This document shows, in pieces, positions 38,265 to 48,000 of a stretch of DNA of 64,000 nucleotides. The stretch comes from Terrimicrobiaceae bacterium (GTDB lineage: Bacteria; Verrucomicrobiota; Verrucomicrobiia; Chthoniobacterales; Terrimicrobiaceae), in assembly GCA_041752695.1 (NCBI GenBank), contig JBGSVZ010000036.1, positions 1 through 64,000 on the forward strand, in the 5' to 3' direction. The notes beneath the pieces were generated by a model that saw only the letters and a program-made list of their open reading frames with translations, did not search any database and was not told the DNA's origin. The stretch's first letter is position 1, and each line of letters opens with the position of its first letter. Position numbers and translations under genes: made by a program.

Positions 38265-39110
38265 ATGCATTCCATTGTCCGGGATCTTGGGCGTGCGCTC
38301 TCCGCTCTGTCCGCCGGTCGGCTCCGGGTGCGCATTCCCCGCGCGGTCGGTTTGTTTCGCAAGATCCCGAAGGCGTTCTTTCATGCCACCCCGGAGATCT
38401 TTATCCAAACCGGCGGCGCGACGGATTTTGAATGTCCGGGGGAATCGTTTCGTCTGAAAACCTGGGAGGTTTGTGTGATGCCGGCCGGCGTCTCCCACAT
38501 CGAAACCCCGATCGATTTGAAAACGCCCTACGGCATTTTGGTCTGCATGCAAGCCCGGGATGGGCTGTTGATTCACCGGGCGGCGGCTTCCTCACGCCGG
38601 GAAATCCTGGCCGTGAGCGCCGAGCATCTGCCCACTCCGCGGGGGCGGGGGGCCTTTCGCTACCTCGAGGAAATGACTGCGCCCGTCCCGGAAAAGTACC
38701 GCCGCGAGTATCTGACCTGCCTGCTCGAGGCGTTTTTTATCACCACTCTGGGCGAGCTCAGTCGCCCTTCCTCCACGGCTGATACGCGTTCGCCGCTGGT
38801 GGCAGAGGCGGAAAAACTGGCCCGCGCTCTCCTGGCCGCGCCCGAACTTTCCGTCGCCCAACTGGCAGCGGCGTTGGGGTGTTCCGCCGATTATTTGTCA
38901 CGCAGATTCCAGCGCGAAAAGGGCCAGACACTGACCCGATGGATTGCGCGCGAACGTGTGGCCATGGCGCGTGATCTCCTGGCCGACCCCCGGCATAGTG
39001 TGGCCGAGGTCGGGTGGATGTGCGGGTTCAGCGCGGCGTCGTATTTTATCCGCGTCTTCCGTCAGCAAACCGGGCTCACCCCCCGCGCCTGGCGGGAGTC
39101 GATTCAATAG
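38265..39110 (+). CDS. AraC-family regulator
   Basis: Cupin N-terminus; VAEVGWMCGFSAASYFIRVFRQQTGLTP. Confidence 0.9.
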   Translation: MHSIVRDLGRALSALSAGRLRVRIPRAVGLFRKIPKAFFHATPEIFIQTGGATDFECPGESFRLKTWEVCVMPAGVSHIETPIDLKTPYGILVCMQARDGLLIHRAAASSRREILAVSAEHLPTPRGRGAFRYLEEMTAPVPEKYRREYLTCLLEAFFITTLGELSRPSSTADTRSPLVAEAEKLARALLAAPELSVAQLAAALGCSADYLSRRFQREKGQTLTRWIARERVAMARDLLADPRHSVAEVGWMCGFSAASYFIRVFRQQTGLTPRAWRESIQ

Positions 39111-40930
39111 GCGCGAATTTCAAAAATGCGGGCCGTGGGTAGGCCCTGGGTCGCCAGAACCTCAATGCGTAGCGAGCGGGCTGGGAAGGGGCTGGCGATC
39201 CGGTGGAGGCGTTTGCGTTGGTAGTTGTCCGTCTCCTCCGCCACGACCTTGCCGTCGAGCAGGACGCGATAATGTTTCACCGTTTCCGGCTGTGGTCCCC
39301 GGATGATTTTTTTCGTCACATGGTCGCTGGAGGAAAGAATCAATTCGCGGTCGAATCCCGTGTCGAAAGTGAGATGAATCTCCCGGAGCGCGGCCCCATC
39401 CGGCAGGGTGAGTTCGATCCAGGCGGGGAGTTCTTGCGATTCCCAGCGGTGAGTCTGCCCGTCAGCCCAGGGCCCAAGGTTCTCAAAATCGAGCGAGCGG
39501 GTGAGTCCATCCACAACCGCTGCGGCCGGGCTGCCTTCCTGCTCCGAGGAGGCGGTTACAATGGCCGCAGGGGCGAGATCGGCGGGGTCTGCGTTTTTTA
39601 ACGTGGGAATGAATGCGTCGTCCTTGAGCAGGGTCTGCTGAAGGGAGGCGAGCAACGGACCGGACGTGAGTTCGGACAACGCCGCGGAATTTTCCCGGGC
39701 GATTGCCGCGGCTGTGCCCACCGCCTGACCCGCCGCGGCACAGGTCGCCATCACACGGGTGCTAGCAAATGCGATGTGCGACGCGCTCAGATTGCGTCCC
39801 GCAAAAAGCAGGTTCGACACATTCCGCGAGAAAAGGCAGCGGAGCGGAATGGTATACAGTTGGTTCACGTGGGTGGGCGTGAACGGAGGTTCGTCGCGAG
39901 CATCCACGCCGGACGGCGGGTGCAGGTCAATCGCCCAGCCGCCGTAGGCCACGGCATCGGGAAAGATCCGCCCCTCCTCCACGTCCGCCTGTGTTAGGAC
40001 GTGGGGGCCAAGCAGGCGGCGGGATTCGCGTTTGCCGGGAATCGCGCCCATCCAGTCGAGCGTCCAGTTCGCGGAGTCCGGGTGATCGCCGGAATTTTTC
40101 ACATAGTCCCAGATCCCCATGGCGATGCGCAGGAGTTCGTGGCGGATGATCTCGTTGTCCTTGATCGTGTGGAGCTGGCCGCCCCACTCAAACCACCAAT
40201 AGCCATACTCATAACTGTGGATCGGCCGGTGATGGAGGTCGTCCTTCGTAAACTTGCGCACCCAGGACGGGCTGCGAAACGGCTGCGGGGTTTCGTGGCG
40301 TTTTCCCGTGATGAGAATCGAGCTGCCCAGTGTCTGGCGGTCGGCCTCCGCGGGAGCAAGCGATTCTCCGTATTCGGTCTGATCCTCGCGTCCCATTTGG
40401 AAATCCGCCCCCGCCTCCGCGCCCAGGCGGCTGTCGCCGGAACAGTCGGCAAAAAATGTGGCCTCGATTTGAAAAACATCCTCCGTCGAATTGCGCAGGA
40501 CCGTCACGCTGCGGATGGCGGAAGTTTCCCGATCCTGCGTGCAGGCCAGAAATGTCGTATCAAGCAGGAGGGTGATCAGCGGCTCGGCCAGCACCTTCTC
40601 ATACAACAGAAGATCCCACTGCGGGTAACAGCGGTAAGCGTTGCGCACCGCATCCTCAATTTTCAATTCTTCAATCAGGCCCGATTCCCGCGCCCCGGGG
40701 CGCTGGCCGTGGCAGTCCGCCCCGACGATGTGCATCTTGATTTCGCTGGAGGCATTGCCGCCCAGGACCGAACGATCCTGCACGAGCACAACGCGGCAGC
40801 CATTGCGGGCGGCAGCCAAAGCTGCGCAAACGCCCGCCATGCCGCCCCCAATCACGACAAAATCGGTCTCGAGAAGGTGCGTGGTGAGGAGTTTTCCGGG
40901 GACAGGGAGGGGATCCAGAGAATTTTGCAT
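39104..40930 (-). CDS. FAD-dependent oxidoreductase with C-terminal beta-sandwich domain
   Basis: VIGGGMAG, LGGNASSE, GKRESRR, STRVMATC. Confidence 0.88.
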   Translation of the reverse strand: MQNSLDPLPVPGKLLTTHLLETDFVVIGGGMAGVCAALAAARNGCRVVLVQDRSVLGGNASSEIKMHIVGADCHGQRPGARESGLIEELKIEDAVRNAYRCYPQWDLLLYEKVLAEPLITLLLDTTFLACTQDRETSAIRSVTVLRNSTEDVFQIEATFFADCSGDSRLGAEAGADFQMGREDQTEYGESLAPAEADRQTLGSSILITGKRHETPQPFRSPSWVRKFTKDDLHHRPIHSYEYGYWWFEWGGQLHTIKDNEIIRHELLRIAMGIWDYVKNSGDHPDSANWTLDWMGAIPGKRESRRLLGPHVLTQADVEEGRIFPDAVAYGGWAIDLHPPSGVDARDEPPFTPTHVNQLYTIPLRCLFSRNVSNLLFAGRNLSASHIAFASTRVMATCAAAGQAVGTAAAIARENSAALSELTSGPLLASLQQTLLKDDAFIPTLKNADPADLAPAAIVTASSEQEGSPAAAVVDGLTRSLDFENLGPWADGQTHRWESQELPAWIELTLPDGAALREIHLTFDTGFDRELILSSSDHVTKKIIRGPQPETVKHYRVLLDGKVVAEETDNYQRKRLHRIASPFPARSLRIEVLATQGLPTARIFEIRAY

Positions 40931-40945
40931 TTAACAGACACCCTA

Positions 40946-40977
40946 CAGAATCCATTTGCCGTGAGGAATGGATTCTG
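40946..40977. promoter_or_regulatory. Perfect 11-bp inverted repeat between divergent genes
   Basis: CAGAATCCATT-10 nt-AATGGATTCTG. Confidence 0.55.
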
Positions 40978-40998
40978 AGTATTTATTTTTGTGTTTTT

Positions 40999-41817
40999 AT
41001 GACTTCCTGGGAAGTGCGGTTGAACAGTCCCTGCGGACGGATTCCCTGCGGGGCCGGATGGACCCGCACGCGGGAAAACTCCCTTATGTTGCAGGACATG
41101 GAACTTTGGTTTGTCTGGCGGGGCCGGGGGTGGATGCGCACCGCGACGCGCGAGTTTTCCCTCTGGCCGGGCTTTTGCGCACTCATGCGGCCCGGCGGAA
41201 TTTACGATGCCGGACACGATGAGACCGAGCCGCTGGGCATTGTCTATTTGCACTTCGATGTGCTGCGGGCGGGCACGCCCGCTTCACCCGGAAGAACGGC
41301 GGACTGGCCGGAATTTTTTGAACTGGCCGATGTCGCCTATTGGGATGCCATGACCCGCCGATTGGTTCAACTGGCGGCGCAGGATTCCAGAACCGCAGCG
41401 GCCCTCCTCAAGGGCGCGCTGGAGGACTTGCTGCGATGCCCTAGCCTCGACGAAATGTCCGCGGGCCAGGCCCCAACCCGGCATGAGCGGCGGATCTCGG
41501 AAATCACGGCGAGGCTCTCGCTGGACACCTCCGATCTGCCGACCGTGGCGGACCTCGCGAAGGAGGCCGGGCTGGGGATGGCGCATTTCAGCCGGGTCTT
41601 CCGGCGCTTCACCGGGCAGAGCCCCAAGGAGTTTCTCCTCCGCTCCCGCCTGGCGCGCGCTCAGCATTTCCTGCGCGAGACAGCCATGACCGTCACCGAG
41701 ATTGCGGACCGACTCGGCTACGCGGACGTGTTTTTTTTCAGTCGGCAGTTCAAGCAGAAAACCGGTCTCTCGCCACTGGCCTACCGGTCTCAACGGTCTG
41801 GACCCCGGCAGGACTGA
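40999..41817 (+). CDS. AraC-family regulator
   Basis: EIADRLGYADVFFFSRQFKQKTGLSP. Confidence 0.9.
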   Translation: MTSWEVRLNSPCGRIPCGAGWTRTRENSLMLQDMELWFVWRGRGWMRTATREFSLWPGFCALMRPGGIYDAGHDETEPLGIVYLHFDVLRAGTPASPGRTADWPEFFELADVAYWDAMTRRLVQLAAQDSRTAAALLKGALEDLLRCPSLDEMSAGQAPTRHERRISEITARLSLDTSDLPTVADLAKEAGLGMAHFSRVFRRFTGQSPKEFLLRSRLARAQHFLRETAMTVTEIADRLGYADVFFFSRQFKQKTGLSPLAYRSQRSGPRQD

Positions 41818-42081
41818 AGAGCCTGCAGGCTACACCCTCAGCGGCCCCGGCGATTTTGGCGCAGCGCAGGCCGCCGCTATAGCCCGCGGATTGACGAAAA
41901 ACCTCCGCGAAGATGGGGGGCGGAATTGCGACGGGATTGATTTTTGCACGCATTTCGTGGACGGGGTGGGGCAGACTTTCAGAATTGGTGACCCCTTCGC
42001 CCTGTCCGGCCTTCGCCGTTTTCCCGCATGGGGCCTTGGTTTCCCTCTGGGAAATGCTAAAAGCAGGGTGTTTTACAACTT

Positions 42082-42912
42082 ATGAGGGCAAATTTAGCAT
42101 CGGACGTTTCTCTCCTTTTGGCGGTCGCCGGGGCTTTAACCCTGGCATTCTTCACCGGGGGCTGCGCGACAGCGCCGAGCGGCCTGCCTACTCCCTTGCC
42201 CGGCCGGGAGGCTCGGATGAAACACGGATATCTCTATTACCTTGATGGAGCGGGGGGAGGAACGGCGAAAAACAACTGGTCCTCCGGAGTCCGTGCGGGA
42301 TTACTCGAAGCAGGATACCCTGGGGCGGCGGAAATGTTCTCATGGGAGTCCGGAAAGGGATTGATCGCCGACGAGGAGACCAGTGTGGTCAAAAAACGCG
42401 CCAAGGCGAAGGCCATGGCTGCGGAACTGGAGGCGCGGGTCAAAGCTTACCCCAAGGCCCCCGTTGACATTCTGAGTTTTTCGGCGGGAACATCCGTGGC
42501 GATTTTCGCGTTGGAGGCAGTTCCCCCTGACGTCCAGGTGGAGAACGTGGTGCTGATGGGCTCTGCCATGAGCAATTCCTATGATCTTACCGAGGCGTTG
42601 AAGCGAGTGCGCGGGCGTTTCTATGTGTTTACTTCCAAGCGCGACCGGATGCTGAGCTTTGCGATGGCGTTTTCCGGTACCGCCGACCGCAAGCTCGTGC
42701 CGGGAGCTGGCGTAACCGGCTTTGTCTTGCCCAAGGATGCCAGCGCGGAGACGAAAAAGCTCTACGCGGAAAAGGTCGTCATGATCCCCTGGACGAAGGC
42801 CATGGAAGCTGACGGCGACGAAGGCCGCCATTTCGATAACATCAAAATGCCGTTTATTCGCGATCATGTCGCCCCATTGCTGATGAGTTCTTCTCCTAAG
42901 GTGAAACCTTAG
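42082..42912 (+). CDS. Putative alpha/beta-hydrolase-fold lipoprotein
   Basis: Lipobox-like TGGC; nucleophile-elbow-like SFSAG; late His (GRHFD). Confidence 0.6.
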   Translation: MRANLASDVSLLLAVAGALTLAFFTGGCATAPSGLPTPLPGREARMKHGYLYYLDGAGGGTAKNNWSSGVRAGLLEAGYPGAAEMFSWESGKGLIADEETSVVKKRAKAKAMAAELEARVKAYPKAPVDILSFSAGTSVAIFALEAVPPDVQVENVVLMGSAMSNSYDLTEALKRVRGRFYVFTSKRDRMLSFAMAFSGTADRKLVPGAGVTGFVLPKDASAETKKLYAEKVVMIPWTKAMEADGDEGRHFDNIKMPFIRDHVAPLLMSSSPKVKP

Positions 42913-43050
42913 GGGACAGAAAAAAGAGGTGTAACCCTGGAGGCGCGGCGGCGACCTGGGCGACAATGTACCCAAAACCGGAAGAGATTTTTAGACCATA
43001 CGTTCTCTGTTTCCTCCGTTTGCTCCTGTTCAGGCAATGCTTTTTTTGGA

Positions 43051-43917
43051 TCATACCGCCACCGCCACGATGCAGGCATTTTCGACCTCCCTGGGAGGCT
43101 CTCCCCGCACGTTCGTGATGCGCGGATCCGGTGAAACGATGGTGGTTTGCAATTCTATTTTCAGGCCGTTCTGCGCGAACAATTGGGCAAGTTCCACCGA
43201 CGACAGAGCATAAGTGATGCGGCGTTTGGCAAAAACTTCCGCAGTCCGCAGGATCTCTTCGCGCTCCGGCGTTGAGTATGCGGGAATTTCGGCGAGCCTC
43301 CGGGCGGCCACCTCGCAAAAATCGCGAGCCGCCTCCGGGGTGAAAAGCACCGGCCCGCTGGCCGGCCGCACCCGGTTCACCGCGATGATGTTGCCGCCTG
43401 AAGCCAGCAGACCCCGCCATTTTACCACCACGAGATTCCTGCGTTCCGGAGTAAACTGGATGAGAAACGAATGGCTGCATATGAGGTCGAAGGTCTCCTC
43501 CGGCGCATACTCCAAAATGTCTGCGCAGACCGTGGTGACCGGCACGCCCATTCGGTCCGCAAACCATTGGTTGAGATGCAACGGCGTTGGGCAGAGATCG
43601 AGCACCGTGACGTCCACCTCAACCGCGTTTTTCCGGCAGGCCGAAAGCAAATGGGCCAGGATCCCATAGTCCGCCGCGCCGGATATCAGAATGCGCTTCC
43701 GACCCGGTTTCCGGGCCGCCACGGCAAAGGCTTCACGGAAAAAATCCGCCTGACCGACGGGCGACGCATCGAAGCCCATGAGCCGCAAATCCTGCCAAAG
43801 TCCGTGATACCATCCACAAACATCTCCGCCATTCTCGTCTTTCAGACAAAACTCCGACGCCAGCCGCCGGGCCAGCGGGGCGCTCTCAGCCAGCGGTTCG
43901 TCGGCAAAGCACATCAC
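43051..43917 (-). CDS. Class I SAM-dependent methyltransferase
   Basis: ILISGAADYG motif I variant, VLDLC, ADIL, FDLICSH, LLASGG. Confidence 0.75.
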   Translation of the reverse strand: MMCFADEPLAESAPLARRLASEFCLKDENGGDVCGWYHGLWQDLRLMGFDASPVGQADFFREAFAVAARKPGRKRILISGAADYGILAHLLSACRKNAVEVDVTVLDLCPTPLHLNQWFADRMGVPVTTVCADILEYAPEETFDLICSHSFLIQFTPERRNLVVVKWRGLLASGGNIIAVNRVRPASGPVLFTPEAARDFCEVAARRLAEIPAYSTPEREEILRTAEVFAKRRITYALSSVELAQLFAQNGLKIELQTTIVSPDPRITNVRGEPPREVENACIVAVAV

Positions 43918-44006
43918 GTTTCGCTGTTAGCAGCCTTCGCCCCCCAAACAAGGACCGAGTTCGCGATCAACTCCCGGCCATGGGGGCTTAGGGGGCTTAG
44001 GGCTTC

Positions 44007-45018
44007 GGGGTCAGACCTTATTAAAATGTAATAGACCCAGCGCTCGCATCGCAATAGGAGAAGTCGATGCCACGTCCGCTGCGAATCCAATACGAGGGAG
44101 CCCGCTATCACATACTCAGTCGAGGCGACAGAAAAGAGGACATCGTCGTGGACGAGAGAGACCGGGAACAGTTCGTTAGGACGCTCGGCCAAGCTGCCGT
44201 TTACGCCACTTGGCAGGTTCATGCCTTCTGCTTGATGCGGAATCATTTCCATTTGGTGCTCGAAACGCCGGAGCCGACATTGGTGAAAGGCATGCAGTGG
44301 ATGCTTGGGACATTTACGGCCCGATTCAACGCCCGGCACAAATTGCGAGGGCATTTGTTTGCCGGGAGATATAAAACCATCGTGGTCGACGATGCCGACG
44401 ACGGCTATTTGCGCAGGGTGTGCGACTACACGCATCTCAATCCCTGGCGGGCCAAACTCCTGCCACCCGGGGAGCCGCTCGAGGGCTACGTTTGGAGCAG
44501 TTATCCCCTCTATCTAAAAAGCCCTCGAAAGCGGCCCCCATGGCTCCGTGTGGATCGTCTGCTGGGTGAACACGGGATTGCGAGGGACACGGTGGCAGGC
44601 CGGAGAGAGTTCTCGCGACAGATGGAAGCGCGGCGCGAGGGGGAAGATGAAGAAGTCCGCCAGACCGTAAAAAGGGGATGGCGCCTAGGGGCGGAAGACT
44701 TCCTGGACCGGTTGGAAGAACGAATGCAAAGCCCGGCCTCGGAAAACCACGACGGACTGGAACGACGGGAAACGCATGAAATTCGGGCCGGTCGCCTCAT
44801 TGAGGAGGAACTCCTCAAGGCGAGGCTCAGCCGTGAAATTCTCGCCGAATTGCCGAAGGGACATGAACTGAAAGTAAAGATCGCCGTCCGGCTGCACCGC
44901 GAAACGACAGTGACTCTGCGATGGATCGCCGAGAACTTAAAAATGGGAACGTGGCGGTATGTCTCGTTTCTTTTGTACCGTGAACGCACAAATTTGCCGT
45001 TTAATAAGGTCTGACCCC
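44007..45018 (+). mobile_element. TIR-bounded Y1 (HUH) transposase element
   Basis: Perfect 19-bp IRs GGGGTCAGACCTTATTAAA (44007-44025) and TTTAATAAGGTCTGACCCC (45000-45018). Confidence 0.8.
44067..45014 (+). CDS. Y1_Tnp/RAYT-like tyrosine transposase with C-terminal HTH-like extension
   Basis: YHILSRG, LMRNHFHL (HUH), GHLFAGRY, YTHLNP, WSSY. Confidence 0.9.
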   Translation: MPRPLRIQYEGARYHILSRGDRKEDIVVDERDREQFVRTLGQAAVYATWQVHAFCLMRNHFHLVLETPEPTLVKGMQWMLGTFTARFNARHKLRGHLFAGRYKTIVVDDADDGYLRRVCDYTHLNPWRAKLLPPGEPLEGYVWSSYPLYLKSPRKRPPWLRVDRLLGEHGIARDTVAGRREFSRQMEARREGEDEEVRQTVKRGWRLGAEDFLDRLEERMQSPASENHDGLERRETHEIRAGRLIEEELLKARLSREILAELPKGHELKVKIAVRLHRETTVTLRWIAENLKMGTWRYVSFLLYRERTNLPFNKV

Positions 45019-45090
45019 TATGGTCGCCTATGGTGGTTGGCGGCACTTTCTCAGTGCACGAAGTGCGTCCGATCTCGCTCCCCCCCGCCA

Positions 45091-48000
45091 TCAAGGGCGC
45101 GTCACCCTCAAGCGCATAAAGCGTTTCGTGGCGGTGGAGAGCGCTTGAGTGTCGTCCACCCTCACAGTGCCGGGTGCCGATCCGCCGTGCGTGTAAAGTG
45201 GAGTCCAGGTGGAACCTAAATCGCTTTTCGCTTCCACGATGTAGGTCACGTCTGAGGCCGTTCCCGTGAAGGTGTAGCTAAGGTAATCGCTGCCATCAAT
45301 CGCCTGCACTTCCAGGATCAGTCCCGCAGAGGCCGCTGTGGCGGGGAGGTTGGGATTTAACCCTAGGGCATACTTGACGAGATTGGCCATGCCGTCGTTG
45401 GCCGCACTAGCGGCATCGGCGCGGTTCCCGCTGTCATCAGTCGTCCCGAAGTAGTTCATCCGCCAGGCGTCGATCCCGGAGGCGGCCGCGATAGATGCCG
45501 TGGTGGTGGCCCAGGTGCTTATTGCCCCGTCATTGGCGGTCAGCATCAGGGCGTAGTTCCCAGCCAAGCTGAAATTCACGCTGGTCGCGGTGGCGGCGGC
45601 GTTGCCGAAGGCTGCGTTTCCGGGTCCGCCGGAGAGACTCCAGCCCAGGGTCAGCGCCGCAGGCAGGCCATCATCCATGGCCGTCCCGGAGAGGGCCAGG
45701 AACTCGCCTGCGTTGCCAGAAATCGACGCGCCCGCGCTAACCACCGGTCCCATGTTCGCGGGCGAGGCAGCCGACAAATCCTGAATTTCCGAGAGCGACA
45801 GCGCGCGGTTGTAAATGCGGACTTCGTCGATGGAGCCAATGAAATCGAAGAGGTCGTTGGCTCCGACTTTCAGTGGGGAGGTATTGTAACGCGGCACGCT
45901 GGTGGGGGAGATGGTGATGAAGCGATTCGGGCTCCCGTTGATGTAGAGCTGGAGATTATTCGAGGTCAGGGCGCCGTCAAAAACCACGCCGAGGTGATAC
46001 CATTGGCCCGCGGTCAGGGTGGTGGCGCTTTGCAAGGTCGTTCCTCCGCCGATGGTGACGTAGACTGGCGACGAGGAGCCGTCGGTCGAGCCTCGCAGCT
46101 CAATCCGGTAGGACTCCTTGTTGAAGGCTCCGAGGCGTTTGGTGATGACGCCGTAGTAACTGCTGCCACCGACGGGTAAGCTAGTCGGCTTGATCCACAT
46201 CGAGATGGACATCTTGCCGAAGCCGTCGAGGGGGTTGGAATTGGTGGACGAATCGGCCACTTCGACGCGTTGCAGTCCGGTGGCGCAGGTCAGCGCCCCG
46301 GCAATGCGGCCCGAGGTGTTCCAGGCTGGCGAGTTGACGAGAACTCCATTGGTGGTTGGGGTCATGCCGGAGCTGTCCGCGGCAGTGCTGCCGGTGGTTT
46401 CGTCAAGGGAGAGGCGCAGCTTGAGGCTGCTGTCGGCGGGGCCGCTGACAGGCGCGGCAAGAACGCGCACCGCAATGTCCCGGGTGGACTGGTCGACGCC
46501 GTCGTGGGCGGTCAGGCGCAAGACGTAGTCGCCGACGGAACCGAAGGTGGCACCGGTCGAAGGGGAGGTTGTGCTGGTGAAGGTGACGTTCCCCGGGCCG
46601 GAGACTTTGGACCATTGCAGTGTGAGGGCACCTGCGCGGGCCGGCAGCGGAGTAACGGTAGTGTTAAGCAGGATCCCCGAGCCGGGGTAGATACAGGCCG
46701 GGTTTGAGGTTGGCGAGGTGACTGTGATGTTGGGGGCGTTGGTGGTCTCAAAAACGATGTATGGCCGAGCGCCGCCGTAGGCGTTGGCGGAGCCCACCGC
46801 GACCATCTGCGGAGTTGCGGTGAAGAAACGCAAACTCACTTTTTTCAACGGGTCGTTGGCGAGAGTTTCGCGCACGTAGGATGTCACGTCGAACTGCAGC
46901 AGGGTGCCTGGGGTGTTCACGCCGGAGTCGGTGAGTGTGGGCACGCTGGTGTTGTAGCTCGTGGGACGGGTGTTGTAGGTCATGCTCGTCGTGGATACGA
47001 AGGCCAGGGCGGGGTCATAGGTCCAGGTCCCGAAGCCGACGGTGAGGAGGTCGAAGCTGTCCGCGTCCACGACGTTGATCGCATAAGGTCCGAAGGAAGG
47101 CGCTCCGGTTCCAGTGAGGCCGGCGAGGGAAACTTGGGTGCCGTTAGTGAAGCCATGGCCGGGGCAGGCGATGCGGGTTTTGCCGGCGCCGTTGTTGCTC
47201 ACTCCGGTGAAAGGACGGGCGATGCCGCGGTCGATCCAGCCATCCAAGCTGTCGGCGATGAGATTGGCTTGGACATTGGCGATGGTTCCGGTGGCGGCAC
47301 CCGTGGTGACGTAGAGGTAAAGGGTGGCGCAGACGAAGCTGTTGTTCGTCGCTAAGCCCGAGAGATCGTATCGATGAAAAGTTTCAAACAGGTTGGTGGA
47401 AACGCCCGAGATATAACCAAATTCCTCGGCGCCAAAGGACGCGGCGGGTTTGGCCTTGTCGGTGTAGGTCGTGGCCTCGGGATAGAGCACAGTCGCGCTG
47501 ACGGAGTCGACCGTGAGCGTGAATGCCTGGGTGGCCGTCTGATTGAGCTGATCGGTCACTCGGGCCGTGAAGGTAAAGGTCCCCGTCGCGGTGGGTGTGC
47601 CGGAGAGGACACCGGCGCTGGAGAGCGCAAGGCCTGCGGGTAGCTCGCCAGAAACGAGCGACCAGCCATATTGGGGCACCCCGCCTTGCGCGACGAAGGT
47701 GACGGAGCGGGGTGAGTTCCAGTTAAACGTCGGAAGCGAGGTGGTGCTGATCGAGACGGCGGTCGGGGCGGCGTCGATGTTGATCGACTGGGTCGCGCCG
47801 AGGCTGGCGTTGTAGAAGGTGCCACCGCCGGTCGTTTCGAGACGAACCGCGCGAACCAGGTAAACGTGGCTGCCGGAGGTGACGCTGGCGTCGGTGTAGG
47901 AGGTGCCCGTGATCGGAGTTTCGGTCAGGCGGGTAAAGGGAGCGCTGGCGTTTGCCGCGCGGTAGATGTGATAGCCTAGGATCTGCGGTGCGGGTGAGGC

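Noticed and set aside
42040..42081. Possible riboswitch upstream of the lipoprotein gene
   Set aside because: Only small hairpins; no consensus I can match
43024..43917. Methyltransferase as another integron cassette
   Set aside because: CCTGAAC after the stop has no L''/L' pair or matching GTT at the 5' end
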